Below, in pieces: positions 36,786 to 45,560 of a DNA stretch of 64,000 nt. The notes under the pieces are model-generated. The model was not told the origin of the DNA. It did no database searches and saw only the letters and a program-made list of their open reading frames with translations. This DNA is from an uncultured Micavibrio sp. GTDB taxonomy: Bacteria; Pseudomonadota; Alphaproteobacteria; Micavibrionales; Micavibrionaceae. Every line of letters begins with the position of its first letter. Position 1 is the first letter of the stretch. Location of the stretch: the NCBI GenBank assembly GCA_964350695.1, contig CAYGKM010000005.1, forward strand, positions 54,735-118,734, in the 5' to 3' direction. The position numbers and the translations under genes are program-made.

Positions 36786-37426
36786 AGCTGTTTTATTGCG
36801 CTTTCCAAAGTGGTGAGGTCTTCAATAATCTTAGTGCCTTGCGGGAATGGCGGCTCTCTGTCTTCAAGTTTTCGGCCTATGAAATGCGTGTGTGTTACTT
36901 GTGCGGCTTCAAAATCGCTCATGGCATCGCCAATCATAACGGCTTGATCGGGCTTTAAATTCAAATCATCGAGAATGTTTTGAATATGGACGGCTTTTTT
37001 CACGGGCGCGCCGAATATGCCTTTGAAGTAATGGGCCATGCCCCGCTGCTGGACGATGCGAAGCAATTCTTCTACGGGTGTGGCAGAGGCCATATAGAGC
37101 GGGATTTGGTCGGCGTAGCTTTCCAGAAACGCTTTTGCGCCGTTTACCCAAGGGGAATCGATAACGCGCTGTTCCACGAGGTTTGAGAATTCTTGCGCGC
37201 GCTCCTGCAGGCGCTGCTCAGTCAGGGATTTACCGAGAATTTGGGTTTCGTAGTATTTGATTTTATCGTGGCGCGTTACGCCGCCATGGGCGTTGTGATA
37301 AGCCAGAACTTTATCTTGAATATCCTGATTTTCATTGGCATAGAGGCCGACAAAGGCTTCGCCTTTTACGTTTACGGATTCGACGAGCACGCCATCGAAA
37401 TCAAAGATGATGGTTTTTATGTTCAT
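36782..37426 (-). CDS. HAD-superfamily hydrolase (subfamily IA-like phosphatase)
   Basis: IIFDFDGVLVES (motif I DxDG), SAT (motif II region) and IGDAMSDFEAA (motif IV). Confidence 0.8.
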   Translation of the reverse strand: MNIKTIIFDFDGVLVESVNVKGEAFVGLYANENQDIQDKVLAYHNAHGGVTRHDKIKYYETQILGKSLTEQRLQERAQEFSNLVEQRVIDSPWVNGAKAFLESYADQIPLYMASATPVEELLRIVQQRGMAHYFKGIFGAPVKKAVHIQNILDDLNLKPDQAVMIGDAMSDFEAAQVTHTHFIGRKLEDREPPFPQGTKIIEDLTTLESAIKQL

Positions 37427-39135
37427 TTTGGCCTGTACGTGTTGGATATTTGCCCCTGATTTAGCTCATAAGTTACTTGAGCATAATCCTGTACTGCGCT
37501 GTTATGGCTTATTAAAATTACGATCATATCCTTTGCGAGACTTTGAAGTGTCTTGAGCAAAACAATTTCCGTTTCAGGATCGAGAGCGCTTGTCGCCTCA
37601 TCCAGAAGCAGGATTTGCGGTTTATGCAGGAGCGCTCTTGCGATGGCAATGCGTTGACGCTGTCCGCCGGAAAGCCTGCGACCGCCCTCGCCCGCCGAAG
37701 TGTGCAGTTTTTCGGGCATATCATTGACGAAGTCTTTTGCGCCGGCGGCCTCTAGGGCTTTCCATACGTCGTCTTGGTTATAACCATCTCTGCCCATAAG
37801 GATGTTTTCAAGAATGGATTCGTTGAATAGAAAGACCTCCTGCGGGACGAAACCTAAACAGGCCCGCCATGATTTTAAATCCAGCTTTTGAATGTTACTG
37901 CCGTTTACGTTTACCGCGCCATCATCAGCGGTATAAAAACCGCTCAATAGATCGAGAATGGTGGTTTTGCCGGAACCCGAAGGGCCAATAAGTGATGTGA
38001 AGGTCTTTGGTTCAAATTGTACATTAATCCCTTTAAGGATCGGGCTGTCATCATGGGCGAAGTGTACGTCTTTTAAATCTATGGTTTTGATTGTTTTTGG
38101 CGGCTTTCCTGTCCCTTGCCAATCTTCAGCCTGACTTTCGGCTTTATCAATCGTGCCCATAAGTGACCAGAGAGAGGCTTCTTGCATGCTCAGGCGCTGG
38201 TATTCCCCTTGAACCATATTCATGCTACCGAGCAGGCGTATGAAAATCACGCTCATCAGCGCGAGTTGGCTTGTGTCCAGATTGCCATATGTGATTGCGC
38301 CGTAAAGTCCGAGTACGGCGGTCAAGACCATGAGGGGTTCATGGAAGATGCGCATCGATTGCGTGGAGATAAGCTGTGAAGCCTGTGCGTCTTCAAGGCC
38401 CTTTGAGTGACTGAAAAGCAGGGAAAGGAATTTCTTTTCGAGTGCCATAGCGCGGAGGGCTTTGATCCCTTGCAGCATATCGGCCATATGGGTGAGCATT
38501 TTCTTGGAAAGCGCGGCTTGGCTTTTTGCAGCAGCGCGGGCAATGCGCACCAAGAACCATAAAGTTCCTGCGAGTACCAGTCCTATAAAGGCGGCGCCGA
38601 GGAAAAGTTTCCATGACAGGAAGATCGCGCCCAGAGCGTAGACGCTGAATTGCACGAATGATGAAAGCAGCCGCGCCAAAGAGATGAAGGCCATGGAGGA
38701 ATTGAAAGTCTCCAACACTACGGCGTTCAGGCTTACCCCTAAAGTGTGATGAACGAAGAACCCCCATTTAGCCTCGACGAGCGATGAGAGCAGGCGGCGG
38801 CGCAGATCTGCGGAAATTTTAGCGACGGTCTTGCTGACTTTTCGCATTGCGGCCCAGAGGATAAGCGCTTTTGTCGCCATCATGGCAGCGATGAATATGC
38901 CGACGCTGAAGAGGTTGAGCGGGATGTTATTGTTCACGATAAAGTCTCTGACCGTGCCTTCCGGGATATGGTTTACGCTGGCGCTGCCCTCTAAAACGAG
39001 TTGGAAAAACGGCAAGAACGCGACAAGACCGATGGCTTCAAAAATTCCAGCAATGATGATCAGTACCACCGCTATAAGGGTTTCCTTGCGGTAGTTTGTG
39101 AAAAAGAAGCTGAAGACTTTTAAAGGGCCGGTCAT
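37423..39135 (-). CDS. ABC exporter, fused permease/ATPase half-transporter (MsbA/PglK-like)
   Basis: N-terminal six-helix TMD, then an NBD with Walker A GPSGSGKTT, signature LSGGQRQRIAIARAL and Walker B ILLLDEATSALD. Confidence 0.9.
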   Translation of the reverse strand: MTGPLKVFSFFFTNYRKETLIAVVLIIIAGIFEAIGLVAFLPFFQLVLEGSASVNHIPEGTVRDFIVNNNIPLNLFSVGIFIAAMMATKALILWAAMRKVSKTVAKISADLRRRLLSSLVEAKWGFFVHHTLGVSLNAVVLETFNSSMAFISLARLLSSFVQFSVYALGAIFLSWKLFLGAAFIGLVLAGTLWFLVRIARAAAKSQAALSKKMLTHMADMLQGIKALRAMALEKKFLSLLFSHSKGLEDAQASQLISTQSMRIFHEPLMVLTAVLGLYGAITYGNLDTSQLALMSVIFIRLLGSMNMVQGEYQRLSMQEASLWSLMGTIDKAESQAEDWQGTGKPPKTIKTIDLKDVHFAHDDSPILKGINVQFEPKTFTSLIGPSGSGKTTILDLLSGFYTADDGAVNVNGSNIQKLDLKSWRACLGFVPQEVFLFNESILENILMGRDGYNQDDVWKALEAAGAKDFVNDMPEKLHTSAGEGGRRLSGGQRQRIAIARALLHKPQILLLDEATSALDPETEIVLLKTLQSLAKDMIVILISHNSAVQDYAQVTYELNQGQISNTYRPK

Positions 39136-39917
39136 TTGTTAAGGAGCTTTTGTAAAAACAGGATAAGGCTATGGGGCGCGGATTCAATCAGAACGCAACG
39201 CAAACCAGTATATTGTGCCTGCATGCGTTTGAACAGGGTTTGATTGTGAATCCATCTTGCGCGGCTTGCGTCTTTGAATTGTTGGTATTTTTTGCGGCTG
39301 CTTATGGCGTTTGCGCTGATCTTTCTTTGGATCAGCGGCTCTTTAATCATGGTCAGATGCCCGCGTTTGGCAAAGCGCATCCAAAGCTCCATATCCTGAG
39401 AGGTAATGAAGCTCTCGTCATAGCCGCCGAGTTCTTTTGCGGTTTGCGCGCTCATCATGGCTGTACTATGCGGGAACGGAGTCTGGCGGAAAGTGATATC
39501 ACCAATTTCGAAGTCGTCATGAAAGCCCCAAACGCCTTTTGATCCGTCTTCATACAGGTCATTCGCATTGGCACCGCACAGGACATAGCCGCCCTGCTCC
39601 ATGCGCTCTATCTGTTTTTCCAAACGCGAGGGGTAGGAAATATCGTCAGCATCTTGGCGGGCGATGTATTTGCTGGTTGCGCGCGCAAGGCCGATATTAA
39701 GCGCCTTGGTCAGGCCTGTGTTTTCTTGATTGATGAGGATTACGCGATCATCCTGCGCGGCAAAGCCTTCGAGAATGACTTTTGTATAATCGGTAGAACC
39801 ATCATTGATGATGATGAATTCAAAATCGATGAAGGTTTGATCGAGGATGCTTTGCACGGCTGCGGCAACATCATCTTGCGCGTTATAGGCAGACATCAAC
39901 ACGGTTATGAGCGGCAT
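39132..39917 (-). CDS. Family 2 glycosyltransferase
   Basis: ITVLMSAYNAQDDV..., FIIINDGSTD and RQDADD (DxD) motifs. I place the start at the ATG at 39917, because the longer ORF start at 39995 would run into the upstream gene. Confidence 0.85.
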   Translation of the reverse strand: MPLITVLMSAYNAQDDVAAAVQSILDQTFIDFEFIIINDGSTDYTKVILEGFAAQDDRVILINQENTGLTKALNIGLARATSKYIARQDADDISYPSRLEKQIERMEQGGYVLCGANANDLYEDGSKGVWGFHDDFEIGDITFRQTPFPHSTAMMSAQTAKELGGYDESFITSQDMELWMRFAKRGHLTMIKEPLIQRKISANAISSRKKYQQFKDASRARWIHNQTLFKRMQAQYTGLRCVLIESAPHSLILFLQKLLNK

Positions 39918-39925
39918 AAAATCTC

Positions 39926-40771
39926 TTATTTTTTGGTTGCTATGACATAGGCGCGGGCATCGCGGGATCGCAAGACCTGTTTGTCGTAGCCCCATTTAAC
40001 GCAGCCCTCATCAACGGCCTTTACGATGCCGGGGAAAAGATCTTCGTTATAATCATCAAACACAATGACATCGCTTGGCTCTTGCGCATTTACGACAGTG
40101 CCGAATTCCATCATCACATCATCAAATGTATGGGCGCCATCAAGGAAGGCGAAGTTTACACGGCCAAGGGCGGTGCGTGATAGGCCAATGCGGCTGTCGT
40201 TTTCGATGAAGATGATGTGTTGATCGGCAAGGCCTTTCCATGGTGACAGCAGCTCTTGGCGGGTTTTTGGCCCTTCGAAATCGTCGATGCAGTTCCAATA
40301 CATTTTGGTTGTGTGCGGCAGGAGATCGAAGGTTATGATTTTGCCGAAACGCTTTGCAGTCTTTAAAGCCTTGGCCATCACGGTGGCGGAAAATCCTCTG
40401 GCTGTGCCTGTTTCGAGAATTGTAACGCTTTGGTCTGCTTTTGTGTTTTCGAGATATTTGGACAGCGCGGAATAAAGCACGCGGCCATGTTGGTAACACA
40501 GGTTTGAATCTTTAATCACGATTTGAGTGTGGAGCGCCAAGTCGTTGAGCCATTTTGTATCGACTTTGTGACCGCTTTGTTTTTCGTATGCGTCGATTTC
40601 AGGATATTCTTGCGCTTTGGCTTCTTCCCAAAGCTCGGTGTAGCGTTCTTTACTGGCGCGAGGTGCGCGACCGAACGGGAAATCATGCCAGTAATCCATG
40701 GCCCATATATCGGCGGCTTTTTGGGCTTTACGGGCGACCTTGTTGCTGAAATGGACGATTTTTGAATTCAT
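39926..40771 (-). CDS. Class I SAM-dependent methyltransferase-like protein
   Basis: ILETGTARGFSATVMA (motif I-like) and FAFLDGAHTFDDVMMEF resemble Methyltransf_24/O-methyltransferase-type proteins common in glycan loci. The family call is moderate. Confidence 0.6.
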   Translation of the reverse strand: MNSKIVHFSNKVARKAQKAADIWAMDYWHDFPFGRAPRASKERYTELWEEAKAQEYPEIDAYEKQSGHKVDTKWLNDLALHTQIVIKDSNLCYQHGRVLYSALSKYLENTKADQSVTILETGTARGFSATVMAKALKTAKRFGKIITFDLLPHTTKMYWNCIDDFEGPKTRQELLSPWKGLADQHIIFIENDSRIGLSRTALGRVNFAFLDGAHTFDDVMMEFGTVVNAQEPSDVIVFDDYNEDLFPGIVKAVDEGCVKWGYDKQVLRSRDARAYVIATKK

Positions 40772-41910
40772 GATGCGCTCCTGAAAATTTCAAGCCACGC
40801 TAATTCTTTGTCTATAAGCTTGTCAAGCTTGTGCGTAGACAGAATGTGCGCTCTTGCGGCTTTGCCGAGGGCTTTACGGGTGGTTTCATCCTCCATGAGT
40901 ACTTTTATGGCGGCGAGGAGCGCATCAGGCTCAGACTGAACCAGAAGGCCGTTTTGGCCATATGTGATGACGGACTGGATGCCGGAGACATCGGCGCCAA
41001 TGACGGCGGCTTCGCAGGACATGCCTTCCAGCAAGGTTTTCGGGTTGCCTTCATAGTGGGATGGTAGCACGAATACAGGATAGAGACTGTAGACTTCAGG
41101 GAGTTGGTCATTGGGCGCTGCGCCTTTGAAGTTTACTTTGACCGATAGATCCTTTGCTATTTCGGCGAGGGCGGCTTTTTCTTCTCCTTCGCCGTAAAGA
41201 TCGAGGGTGTATTTCGTATCTTTTAGAGCGTTCAGCAGCAGCGGGATGTTTTTTTGCGCGGAGAGCCTGCCGACAAACAGGATGTGATTTGCTTTTTGTT
41301 TTAGTTTTTGCGGCGAAAACAGATCGGTGTCGATCCAATTCGGATGCACAAACACCTTGCCCTCAGGTTGTTTGAAGACTTTCTCGACGATGGCTTTGTC
41401 TTCGGCTGTGGCGACATTGATTCTATCGGCGGCGGCATATGTGATTCTGGAGAGCATCCAGATGAATTTTTGACGCAGCCAGCTCTGGTCTTGACGGCGC
41501 GAGAAGTCATAAAGCTCGAAGCCGCATCTGACAGTGAGCGGAACGCGGGTGATAAAGTTGGCAAGGACGCCGACCCACGCCCCCCAGATTTGATTTGTTT
41601 TCAAGATATCCGAAGCGGCGATTTTATCGCGCAGCGCAAAGGGCGCAAGTAAGGAGCATAGAGCGCGCAAGGCTCTGTTTTTGGGTCGCGGTATATGATT
41701 GTAAATTGAGATGGTTTTGATTTGGGGGCTGAGTTTTTTGACCAAATCGGCTTCTTCTTCGCCGCCCCAGCTGAGGAATGTGATATCTACGCCGCGCTCG
41801 GACAGGGCTTGATAGAATCGCGTCTCGCGCTCAAACAACCCCTTTTCCTCCCAAGTTTTGAGGGATACATCCCATGTGAAAAACAGGCAGAGTTTGATTT
41901 TATCAGCCAT
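40768..41910 (-). CDS. Family 4 (GT-B, GT1-like) glycosyltransferase
   Basis: C-terminal ILFVGRLSAQKN..., VFVLPSHYEGNPKTLLEGMSCEAAVIG (EX7E region). I place the start at the ATG at 41910 (MADKIKL), overlapping the upstream stop by 8 nt. Confidence 0.85.
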   Translation of the reverse strand: MADKIKLCLFFTWDVSLKTWEEKGLFERETRFYQALSERGVDITFLSWGGEEEADLVKKLSPQIKTISIYNHIPRPKNRALRALCSLLAPFALRDKIAASDILKTNQIWGAWVGVLANFITRVPLTVRCGFELYDFSRRQDQSWLRQKFIWMLSRITYAAADRINVATAEDKAIVEKVFKQPEGKVFVHPNWIDTDLFSPQKLKQKANHILFVGRLSAQKNIPLLLNALKDTKYTLDLYGEGEEKAALAEIAKDLSVKVNFKGAAPNDQLPEVYSLYPVFVLPSHYEGNPKTLLEGMSCEAAVIGADVSGIQSVITYGQNGLLVQSEPDALLAAIKVLMEDETTRKALGKAARAHILSTHKLDKLIDKELAWLEIFRSAS

Positions 41911-42877
41911 TATTTTGCCCCTTAAACCATTGCACGGTCTTTTGAAGACCCTCGGAAATGGGCGTGAGGCCATTAAAGTCAAAATTTTCTTTCATACGCG
42001 TCGTATCGGCCAAAGAGATTTTAATGTCGGCGGCGCGGAAATCTTTATAGAGGGGCGTTTTTGAATACCCGGTTATGGCTTTTAGCTCTTTGAACAGATC
42101 ATTCAGGCTGGTTTTATGGCCCGTGGCGACGTTGATTATGGGGTCTGTAGTAGTTAGGGCGGCGGTGATATTTGCCAGCACCACGTCGTCTATATAGCAA
42201 AAATCCCGTACGGTTTCGCCGTCACCGAAAATGGTGATGTCTTCATTTTCGATCATGGCGTGAATCCATTTCGGGATTACGGCGGCATAAGCGCCGTTCG
42301 GGTCTTGGTTGGGGCCATAAATGTTGAAATAACGCAGGCCGGTATTTGGAGTATTGGAGTCTTGCGCGGCACGTTCATTGGCGCATTTGGTTTCGGCGTA
42401 AGGAGAGACGGGATTGAGGATATCGGTCTCGCTGCGGAGCTTGTTTTCATCTTTGTCACCGTAAACCGCGCTTGAACTGGCGTAGACCACTTTTTCAATG
42501 CCTTCGGCGTTTGCGGCGTCGAGGATGTTTGCAAAACCACCATTATTAACGCTATCAACAAATACGGGGTCTTCGATTGATTTTTGCACAGAGCCGATGG
42601 CTGCTTGATGCAGAATGATATCAGCGCCATGGGCTGCCTTTGCGCAATCTTCGTGTTTACGGATATCACCTTTTATGAAGATGAGATTTTGAAGGTTTTG
42701 TGCGGCTTTAAGGTTTTTTTCAAAACCGCTGCTTAAATCATCCAGAACTCGGACATTTTGATGATGTGCCAAGAGGGTCTTGGCGATATGGGAGCCGATG
42801 AACCCTGCCCCGCCCGTCACCAGCCATGTTTTATTTTTATCTTTTAAAAGATTTTTGAGGGCGTTCGCGGTGGTCAT
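41903..42877 (-). CDS. NAD-dependent UDP-N-acetylhexosamine 4-epimerase (WbpP/TviC-like)
   Basis: WLVTGGAGFIGSH, ASSSAVYGD and YAETKCANE (YxxxK). Overall similarity to WbpP-type extended SDRs. It is the first gene of the minus-strand array. Confidence 0.85.
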   Translation of the reverse strand: MTTANALKNLLKDKNKTWLVTGGAGFIGSHIAKTLLAHHQNVRVLDDLSSGFEKNLKAAQNLQNLIFIKGDIRKHEDCAKAAHGADIILHQAAIGSVQKSIEDPVFVDSVNNGGFANILDAANAEGIEKVVYASSSAVYGDKDENKLRSETDILNPVSPYAETKCANERAAQDSNTPNTGLRYFNIYGPNQDPNGAYAAVIPKWIHAMIENEDITIFGDGETVRDFCYIDDVVLANITAALTTTDPIINVATGHKTSLNDLFKELKAITGYSKTPLYKDFRAADIKISLADTTRMKENFDFNGLTPISEGLQKTVQWFKGQNNG

Positions 42878-42884
42878 AGGGGTC

Positions 42885-43772
42885 CTAGTTTGGAAGTTTT
42901 GATTTTAGCTGGTGAAGTTCTTGTAAGGCCAAAGTTAGCTCTGAGCGCTGGTTAATATAGTTCGAGATATTCACGGCAGTGACGATTGTTCCACTGTTAT
43001 TTGAAAGTGGCACGGCGGAGATTCTGTAGGAAACGCCGGAATCAAGTGTGAACTCTATATCCCCGTTCAGGCCATACCAGAAGTTTCTGAGTTTGGCGTA
43101 TAGCTCGCTCTTTTGGTCTATGCGCTCTTCTTTGCTCATCATATCGAACGCCTCGACGACGCTTAGGCCGCGGCAAAGACGGGGGGCGCTTTTCGGGTAG
43201 ACCCTGAAATAATGCTCGCTCACAAAGACAATACGTTTTTCGCCATCAAACACCATAAGGGATATGGGCGCGCTGGATAGGGCTTCTTTGAAACGCCTGT
43301 ATTCTTCATCCTGAATGAGTTGTTTCAGTCTTTCACTCCCCAAGTCCAGGCGATTGGTAATGATTTTCTTAATTTCGGTTTCCGAGAAATCTGCCATCGA
43401 TAAATAGAAATCAAAATTTTGCAGGTATAGGTTTGAGCCGAATGCGGCGTGCGATCCATCGCTTGTTACCGCGCCGAGATCGCACACGACCATGCGATCT
43501 TCACGAAGTTTGTGGGCGATGTTCATTTCTGAAGGAGAAAGCTCGTCAAGATTGATGAGGACTAAGCCACTGTTTTTTGCCGATTCTTTCAGGGTTTTTA
43601 TATCCCCGGGCAGGAATATTTTATAAGCCTGATCGTTCAAAATACCTTTCAAGGCCTTCGACAGCGTTTGTGCTTGCGGGTCTTCATAAACCGTAATGTT
43701 TGCATGCTCTATTGCCGGCGAGTTAAAAAATGTATCGTTTTTCAATGTTTTGCCTTTAGATTTTCTTGACAC
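42885..43772 (-). CDS. Receiver-like plus PAS-like domain protein (no output domain)
   Basis: The N-terminal half follows the REC pattern (ITVYED..., LVLINLD, VVCDLGAVTS). The C-terminal half is PAS-like (ISLMVFDGEKRIVFVSEHYFRVYP...GTIVTAVNISN). I place the start at the GTG at 43772. The 404-aa ORF reaching 44099 runs antisense through rplU and is not credible. Confidence 0.4.
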   Translation of the reverse strand: MSRKSKGKTLKNDTFFNSPAIEHANITVYEDPQAQTLSKALKGILNDQAYKIFLPGDIKTLKESAKNSGLVLINLDELSPSEMNIAHKLREDRMVVCDLGAVTSDGSHAAFGSNLYLQNFDFYLSMADFSETEIKKIITNRLDLGSERLKQLIQDEEYRRFKEALSSAPISLMVFDGEKRIVFVSEHYFRVYPKSAPRLCRGLSVVEAFDMMSKEERIDQKSELYAKLRNFWYGLNGDIEFTLDSGVSYRISAVPLSNNSGTIVTAVNISNYINQRSELTLALQELHQLKSKLPN

Positions 43773-43793
43773 CCCTAAGCATATGTGTATATT
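43766..43793 (+). promoter_or_regulatory. Sigma-70-like promoter upstream of rplU-rpmA
   Basis: TTGACA (43766-43771), a 16-nt spacer, then TATATT (43788-43793) with TG just upstream. Lies about 43 nt before the rplU ATG. Confidence 0.4.
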
Positions 43794-43835
43794 TCCCAAA
43801 CTCAATAAGAATATACAAAAATTAGGTTTAAAAAA

Positions 43836-44138
43836 ATGTTTGCAGTTATTCGTACAGGCGGAAAGCAATATAAAGTCCAAAAGGACGACACCATTATGGT
43901 GGAAAAGCTCGACGCAAAAGCAGGTGATAAAATTGATCTCGATGAGGTTTTGCTTATCGGTGATAAAATCGGCGCTCCTTTGGTTAAAGGCGCAAAGGTT
44001 ATTGCCGAGGTGCTTGAACAAGCGCGCGGCCCGAAGATCACTATTTTCAAAAAGAAACGTCGTCAAAACTATCGTCGCAAGCAAGGGCACCGTCAGCATC
44101 TGACTGTTCTGAAGATCAAAGATCTTAAAGCGGCATAA
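43836..44138 (+). CDS. rplU: 50S ribosomal protein L21
   Basis: [14 protein letters not shown]...GHRQHLT is the canonical L21 sequence. Confidence 0.97.
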   Translation: MFAVIRTGGKQYKVQKDDTIMVEKLDAKAGDKIDLDEVLLIGDKIGAPLVKGAKVIAEVLEQARGPKITIFKKKRRQNYRRKQGHRQHLTVLKIKDLKAA

Positions 44139-44162
44139 TTATACAAGAATAGGATTTAAGTC

Positions 44163-44450
44163 ATGGCACATAAAAAAGCAGGTGGTAGTTCACGTAACGG
44201 TCGCGATTCAGCGGGTCGTCGTCTTGGTATCAAAAAATACGGCGGAGAAGTTGTATTGGCGGGTAACATCCTTGTTCGTCAACGTGGTACAAAATATACA
44301 CCGGGTAAGAATGTCGGCCTTGGTAAAGACCACACTATTTTCTCATTGATTGATGGCGAGGTTTTGTATTCAAGAACTAAAGGCGATCGCCCTGTGGTGA
44401 ATGTTGTTCCGGCGAATGATGCTTCTGCACAGGCTCAAGCTGCCGAGTAA
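44163..44450 (+). CDS. rpmA: 50S ribosomal protein L27
   Basis: [16 protein letters not shown]...[11 protein letters not shown] is the canonical L27 sequence. Confidence 0.97.
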   Translation: MAHKKAGGSSRNGRDSAGRRLGIKKYGGEVVLAGNILVRQRGTKYTPGKNVGLGKDHTIFSLIDGEVLYSRTKGDRPVVNVVPANDASAQAQAAE

Positions 44451-44474
44451 ATATACGGCCTTATAAAGTTTTCT

Positions 44475-44505
44475 AAAGGGAGAGGTTTTGGCCTTTCCCT
44501 TTTTT
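44475..44505 (+). terminator. Probable intrinsic terminator or attenuator after rpmA
   Basis: An imperfect hairpin, AAAGGGA-G-AGG / CCT-T-TCCCTTT, followed by a T-run (TTTTT). Lies 25 nt after the rpmA stop. Confidence 0.4.
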
Positions 44506-44537
44506 AATGACACGGTGCAATACAGAGCGGACACAGA

Positions 44538-45560
44538 ATGAAATTTCTCGATCAAGCAAAGATATATCTTCAGAGCGGCAATGGCGGCCCGGGCTGTCTT
44601 TCGTTTCGCCGTGAGAAGAATGTCCCTATGGGCGGCCCTGATGGCGGCAATGGCGGGCGCGGCGGGGATATTGTATTCGAGGTGATTGAAACGCTCAACA
44701 CGTTGATTGATTTCCGCTATGCACAGCATTTCAAGGCCAGCTCCGGCGAGAACGGCAAAGGAGACAACCGCACAGGTGCACACGGCGAGGATTGCATTGT
44801 GCGCGTTCCTGTGGGGACGCAAATTCTGGACGCGGATCGCGAGACGGTTCTGGCGGATTTCACGACCGCGGGTGAGCGGATGGTGTTCCTTAAGGGCGGT
44901 GACGGCGGTTTCGGAAACGCGCATTACAAATCCTCGACAAACCAAGCTCCGCGTAAGACGACGCCGGGGTGGGAAGGTCAAGAGATCGAAGTTTGGCTTC
45001 GATTAAAGATGATCGCCGATGCGGGGCTTGTCGGCTTACCGAATGCCGGTAAATCGACATTCTTGGCGGCGTGCACGAATGCGAAGCCAAAGATTGCGGA
45101 TTATCCGTTTACGACGCTGCATCCGAATTTGGGCGTATTTCGCGCAGGGGAATATGATTTTGTTCTCGCCGATATTCCGGGACTTATCGAAGGGGCAAGC
45201 GAAGGGCTTGGTTTGGGGGATCGTTTCCTTGGGCATGTTGAACGGACAGATGTGCTTTTACATCTGATTGATTGTACGCAAGATGACATTGTGGACGCGT
45301 ACAAAACAATAAGAAATGAGTTGAAAGAATATGGGCATGGTCTTGATAAAAAAGAGGAAATTATTGCTCTGAATAAGATTGATGCACTGGGTGAAGAGCT
45401 TGCCGAGGATCAGCGCAAGACGTTGGAAAAGGCTGTGGGTAAACATGTGTATAAAATTTCAGCTGTAGCGGGCGAAAACGTGCAAAGCGTGTTGTACAAA
45501 ATTGGTGAGACCATCACAAAGGCCCGTCAAGCCCCAGAGGACAAAAGTTTTGAGCCATGA
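44538..45560 (+). CDS. obgE: GTPase Obg/CgtA
   Basis: [27 protein letters not shown] Obg fold with glycine-rich repeats. G-domain [18 protein letters not shown] and NKID. Confidence 0.95.
   Translation: MKFLDQAKIYLQSGNGGPGCLSFRREKNVPMGGPDGGNGGRGGDIVFEVIETLNTLIDFRYAQHFKASSGENGKGDNRTGAHGEDCIVRVPVGTQILDADRETVLADFTTAGERMVFLKGGDGGFGNAHYKSSTNQAPRKTTPGWEGQEIEVWLRLKMIADAGLVGLPNAGKSTFLAACTNAKPKIADYPFTTLHPNLGVFRAGEYDFVLADIPGLIEGASEGLGLGDRFLGHVERTDVLLHLIDCTQDDIVDAYKTIRNELKEYGHGLDKKEEIIALNKIDALGEELAEDQRKTLEKAVGKHVYKISAVAGENVQSVLYKIGETITKARQAPEDKSFEP

Noticed and set aside
12464-43835. Calling the tRNA-flanked island a mobile element, integrative island or ICE
   Set aside because: I could see no integrase, recombinase, transposase, conjugation genes or repeat of the tRNA-Ser 3' end at the distal boundary. 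I therefore report it only as a variable glycan locus.
42885-44099. The full-length 404-aa minus-strand ORF as a real gene
   Set aside because: Its first ~109 codons run antisense through the rplU coding sequence and promoter and encode low-complexity hydrophobic sequence. Only the portion downstream of the GTG at 43772 looks protein-like.
44370-44981. A 203-aa minus-strand ORF
   Set aside because: It lies entirely antisense to the rpmA 3' end and the well-supported obg gene. Its Arg/Ala-rich composition is typical of shadow ORFs, and it has no motif.
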